Of a stretch of 64,000 nt of DNA, positions 60,812-64,000 are shown piece by piece. Source of the DNA: an uncultured Bacilli bacterium (GTDB taxonomy: Bacteria; Bacillota_I; Bacilli_A; RF39; UBA660); assembly GCA_963931065.1 (NCBI GenBank), contig OZ006970.1:293498-357497 (forward strand), written 5' to 3'. Position 1 is the first letter of the stretch. Each line of letters opens with the position of its first letter. The notes below the pieces were generated by a model. That model saw only the letters and a program-made list of their open reading frames with translations. It was not told where the DNA came from and did not search any database. The position numbers and the translations under genes were made by a program.

Positions 60812-60838
60812 AAACGAAAAAACCAATCATTTCTGATT
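60812..60838 (-). terminator. Rho-independent terminator of ssrA.
   Basis: On the minus strand, CAATCAGAAATGATTG is followed by GTTTTTT. Confidence 0.6.
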
Positions 60839-60873
60839 GATTCTTTATATCAAAAGTTCGAATAGTTCGAACA

Positions 60874-61264
60874 GATTCGCCAATGGTGGAGATGAGGAGA
60901 TTCGAACTCCTGTCCAAAAATAAAGCTACATAAACTTCTACAAGTTTAGATGATTAAGAAACTTCAAACTATTTTCTAGTAACCATCAACTAATAAAATA
61001 GTTCTAGTCTAAAAAATTCCGTCATAGCCTAGACAAACTACAACTATATCCTGCTAAAATAAACCATCTTAACTTAACACAGGAAATTAAGAGAAGACAG
61101 TGCATTTACCTTTTACTAGGCGAAAGCTAACTCAGTATTTTTATTAAATAAGTTAGCAAATGCTGTTTTAATACTGTTTCCAGCTATTTTAATTTAGTTT
61201 GTAACGTAAACAACTCGACTTGCCATTTATGCTCTATTATTCCTGTCGAAACCAAAGCATCCCC
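60874..61264 (-). ncRNA. ssrA: Transfer-messenger RNA (tmRNA, SsrA).
   Basis: The 5' end GGGGATGCTTTGGTTTCGACAGG and the 3' end GGACAGGAGTTCGAATCTCCTCATCTCCACCA match the tRNA-Ala-like tmRNA ends. An internal in-frame tag ORF ends ...NLFNKNTELAFA before a stop. It sits directly downstream of smpB. Confidence 0.85.
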
Positions 61265-61323
61265 AAATACACCTAGATTATATCATAGAAGTATCAAAAA
61301 AGCAAATACCAATAATTACCAAA

Positions 61324-61761
61324 CTATTTATATTTATTAAATTTAGCAGCTTCCCTCTTTAAATCTCTTTCTTTAATACTTTCTCTTTTATCATAGTTTT
61401 TCTTACCCTTACATAACCCAAGTTCTATCTTCGCTTTACCACGTACAAAGTATAGTTTTAAAGGAATAAGAGTATAGCCCTCTAATTTAAGTTTATTATC
61501 TAACTTTTTAATTTCACTTTTATGAAGTAATAACTTTCTACTTCTTGTCTCTTCATGATTAAAGATATTACCTTCCTTATAATGGTCTATAAACATATTA
61601 ACAAGATAAACTTCTCCACTTCTTATAATAGCATAACTATCTTTAATAGAAGCCTTGCCAAGCCTTATAGACTTAATCTCTGTTCCTTTTAAAACAATAC
61701 CTGCTTCATATGTATCTTCAATAAAATAATCAAACTTAGCACGTCTATTAATAATCTCCAT
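61324..61761 (-). CDS. smpB: SsrA-binding protein.
   Basis: Conserved SmpB sequence (NRRAKFDYFIEDTYEAGIVLKGTEIKSIR...). The start is at MEII, which follows a GGAGTG RBS. Confidence 0.9.
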   Translation of the reverse strand: MEIINRRAKFDYFIEDTYEAGIVLKGTEIKSIRLGKASIKDSYAIIRSGEVYLVNMFIDHYKEGNIFNHEETRSRKLLLHKSEIKKLDNKLKLEGYTLIPLKLYFVRGKAKIELGLCKGKKNYDKRESIKERDLKREAAKFNKYK

Positions 61762-61765
61762 AATA

Positions 61766-62950
61766 TCACTCCAAACTAGGCATTTCAATTCTATTATCAA
61801 GAGATAACACTATATTTTTATATGTCTCATAATAATTTTTATAACCAGGTAACAAATCATCATTTAAACTAGTATAAGGATAAACAACAAAGCCTCTCTT
61901 TCTTCCATAAGTAGAATATGTATATAAAAGTTCTGCTTTAGGATTTTTTAACTCTATTGTACTGACACCATTTTCCACAGTTTTGTGGATATCTATACTT
62001 GCCATTAATCCTGTAAGACGTTCTACTCCTTCTTGATCAGATATAAAATTACCTAATGAATATATTACCATAGTATTATTAATAAAGGCAATGGGTTCTA
62101 CTACATGAGGATGACTTCCAATAATAATATCAACACCAAGACTAGATAAGTAGTTAGCAATCTCTTGTTGTGAGGCACTAATACTAGTAGAATATTCTGT
62201 TCCCCAGTGCATCGCTACAATCACAACATCTACATTATCGCGAACTTTTTCAATATCAGCTTTCGCTTTCTCGGGACTATAAACATTATTTAAATATTCC
62301 TTACCACTAGGTGTCTCTAAACCATTAGTCCAAGTTGTATAAGAAAAGAATGAATAAGTAATACCATTAATTTCTTTAATAACCATCTTATCCCTATCAT
62401 CAAAAGATAAATAACTCCCAGCCGTATAAATATCATCTTTACTATTCCAATAGTTTAAAGAGTTAATTACACCTTGTTCTCCTTTATCCATAGTATGATT
62501 TGTTGCAAGACTAACTAAGTTAAATCCTGCATCAATAAAGGCATCTCCTACCTCATAAGGAGAGTTAAATCTAGGATAATTAGATAATCCTAACTCAGTA
62601 CCACCTAATATTGTCTCTTGATTATAATACTTTAAATCATAATCTTGAATAAGAGGTTTAATCTCACTTAACATAGGCTTAAAATCATAACCACTACCAG
62701 TATAAGCATCAGTATATATAGTACTATGGATTAAAGCATCTCCTACCATCACTAAAGACGCATCCATTTCTTCTTTCTTACTAACTACTTCTTCTTCCTT
62801 TTTTTGTTCTTTTACATCATCTTTTTTAACATTATCAGTACTAAGACGATAATAAAATCCTAAACTAATACCAAATAAAGTACCAATAAAAACAATAATA
62901 ACAAAACGTCCTAATACTGTTAATTTTCTCCTCTTCTTTATTTTACTCAT
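61766..62950 (-). CDS. CapA/PgsA-family metallophosphatase-like membrane protein, linked to poly-gamma-glutamate or capsule synthesis.
   Basis: An N-terminal TM helix, then the CapA-family motifs (GDALIHS..., NLVSLATNHTMDKG, AMHWGTEYS, GSHPHVVEP). Confidence 0.7.
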   Translation of the reverse strand: MSKIKKRRKLTVLGRFVIIVFIGTLFGISLGFYYRLSTDNVKKDDVKEQKKEEEVVSKKEEMDASLVMVGDALIHSTIYTDAYTGSGYDFKPMLSEIKPLIQDYDLKYYNQETILGGTELGLSNYPRFNSPYEVGDAFIDAGFNLVSLATNHTMDKGEQGVINSLNYWNSKDDIYTAGSYLSFDDRDKMVIKEINGITYSFFSYTTWTNGLETPSGKEYLNNVYSPEKAKADIEKVRDNVDVVIVAMHWGTEYSTSISASQQEIANYLSSLGVDIIIGSHPHVVEPIAFINNTMVIYSLGNFISDQEGVERLTGLMASIDIHKTVENGVSTIELKNPKAELLYTYSTYGRKRGFVVYPYTSLNDDLLPGYKNYYETYKNIVLSLDNRIEMPSLE

Positions 62951-62951
62951 C

Positions 62952-64000
62952 TTACAACTTCTTAACAATCTCAAAATCAATAGTCTTCGCTTCTTTAGAA
63001 GCTGCCACTACTTTAACTAAGACCCTTTCTCCTATAGTATATTTAATATGACTCCTCTCCCCTACTAAAGTAAGTCTTTCTTCATCAAAAGTAAAATAAT
63101 CATCCATAAGTCTAACAGGAACAAGTCCTTCTACTAAGTTATCAAGTTCTACAAACATACCAAAACTCATAACAGATGAGATCATACCTTCAAACTCTTC
63201 ACCAATATGACTTTCCATATATTCAGCCATCTTCATATCCTCAACTTCTCTTTCACAGTCAACAGATGCTCGCTCCATCGCTGATGAATGATCTGCTACA
63301 AACACTAATTTTTCTTCATAATGATTAATAGTATGACTACTTAAATCATGATTAAATAAGTAAGTTCTAAGAAGTCTATGTACAGTAGTATCAGGATAAC
63401 GTCTAATAGGTGAAGTAAAATGTGTATAACAACCACTACCTAAACCAAAATGTCCAAGATTAGTAGGAGAATATATAGCCTTTTGCATACATCTAAGTAA
63501 TAATGATGTAAGTACTTGTCCTTCTTTCTTATCTTTAACAAACTTAAGTAATTTTTGAACAGCTTTACTCTTATTACCTTTCAAGTCCCCAGTTACTTGA
63601 TAACCAAGATTACTAACAAAACCTAAGAAATCTCTAATTTTTTCTTCCTTAGGACTTTCATGAATACGATAAATAAATGGTAAATCCATATTATATATAT
63701 GAGTAGCCACACACTCATTAGCAGCGATCATAAAGTCTTCGATTAAGTTCTCACCAGTACCTCTATCTCTTTTCGTAATTTCATAAGGAACACAAGCCTC
63801 ATCTACAAGTATTTTCGCTTCATCAACATCAAAATCTAAGTAACCTCTTTCTACTTTAGCTTTTCTAAGTATAGTAGCAAATTCATTCATAGTCTTTAAA
63901 TCAGAAACAAACTCTTCATAACCATCTGGTATAACATTTTTCTCTAATATACTATTAACATTTTTATAAGTCATTTGCTTCCTTGACCTAATTACACTAG
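62952..64000 (-). CDS. rnr: Ribonuclease R, C-terminal part. The 5' end runs past the window end.
   Basis: An RNB motif HFGLGSGCYTHFTSPIRRYPD and a C-terminal S1 domain. The frame is open to the last base of the window. This is the conserved rnr-smpB-ssrA arrangement. Confidence 0.8.
   Translation of the reverse strand, partial: SVIRSRKQMTYKNVNSILEKNVIPDGYEEFVSDLKTMNEFATILRKAKVERGYLDFDVDEAKILVDEACVPYEITKRDRGTGENLIEDFMIAANECVATHIYNMDLPFIYRIHESPKEEKIRDFLGFVSNLGYQVTGDLKGNKSKAVQKLLKFVKDKKEGQVLTSLLLRCMQKAIYSPTNLGHFGLGSGCYTHFTSPIRRYPDTTVHRLLRTYLFNHDLSSHTINHYEEKLVFVADHSSAMERASVDCEREVEDMKMAEYMESHIGEEFEGMISSVMSFGMFVELDNLVEGLVPVRLMDDYFTFDEERLTLVGERSHIKYTIGERVLVKVVAASKEAKTIDFEIVKKL

Overview
This is a very AT-rich (about 27% GC) bacterial chromosomal window, read with the standard genetic code. 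Long ORFs such as clpB and the GH31 hydrolase stay intact, so TGA is a stop. The window contains cell-wall enzymes (murI, a VanY-type carboxypeptidase, CtpA, a sortase), a CIRCE operator on clpB, and a tmRNA whose tag ends in LAFA, as in Mollicutes/Erysipelotrichia. That combination suggests a walled, low-GC Bacillota lineage related to Erysipelotrichia/Mollicutes.

Housekeeping genes present:
- murI, truA, fhs, tmk, corA, clpB, ctpA, the c-di-AMP pair cdaA-cdaR, and the conserved rnr-smpB-ssrA trio.
- A GH31 hydrolase, a patatin-like lipase, a radical-SAM protein, two ABC exporters, and a second RNB-family ribonuclease.

Mobile DNA is dense:
- An IS3-family element with a programmed -1 frameshift and a passenger small ORF.
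- An IS66-family element with an 8-bp target duplication.
- An IS21-family element (istA/istB) with a 5-bp duplication.
- A recombinase-in-trio (RIT) element with 89-bp perfect terminal inverted repeats, precisely interrupting an Rpn-family (PD-(D/E)XK) gene.
- An integrative mobilizable island (large serine recombinase plus MobV relaxase) abutting the tmRNA 3' end, with reiterated att-like repeats.

The most unusual signal is a 612-aa membrane-anchored protein carrying two 88-bp A-depleted, GC-rich blocks. Both blocks encode C-type-lectin-like terminal motifs with an AAC-to-NNC codon signature, which is the hallmark of diversity-generating-retroelement (DGR) variable regions. No reverse transcriptase, template repeat or avd is present anywhere in the 64 kb.

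Other notable items:
- An AbiEi/AbiEii toxin-antitoxin pair next to tRNA-Thr.
- A thioester-domain adhesin with a dedicated sortase.
- A Fic gene and an HD-domain gene that share long palindromic operators.
- A candidate type I toxin peptide.
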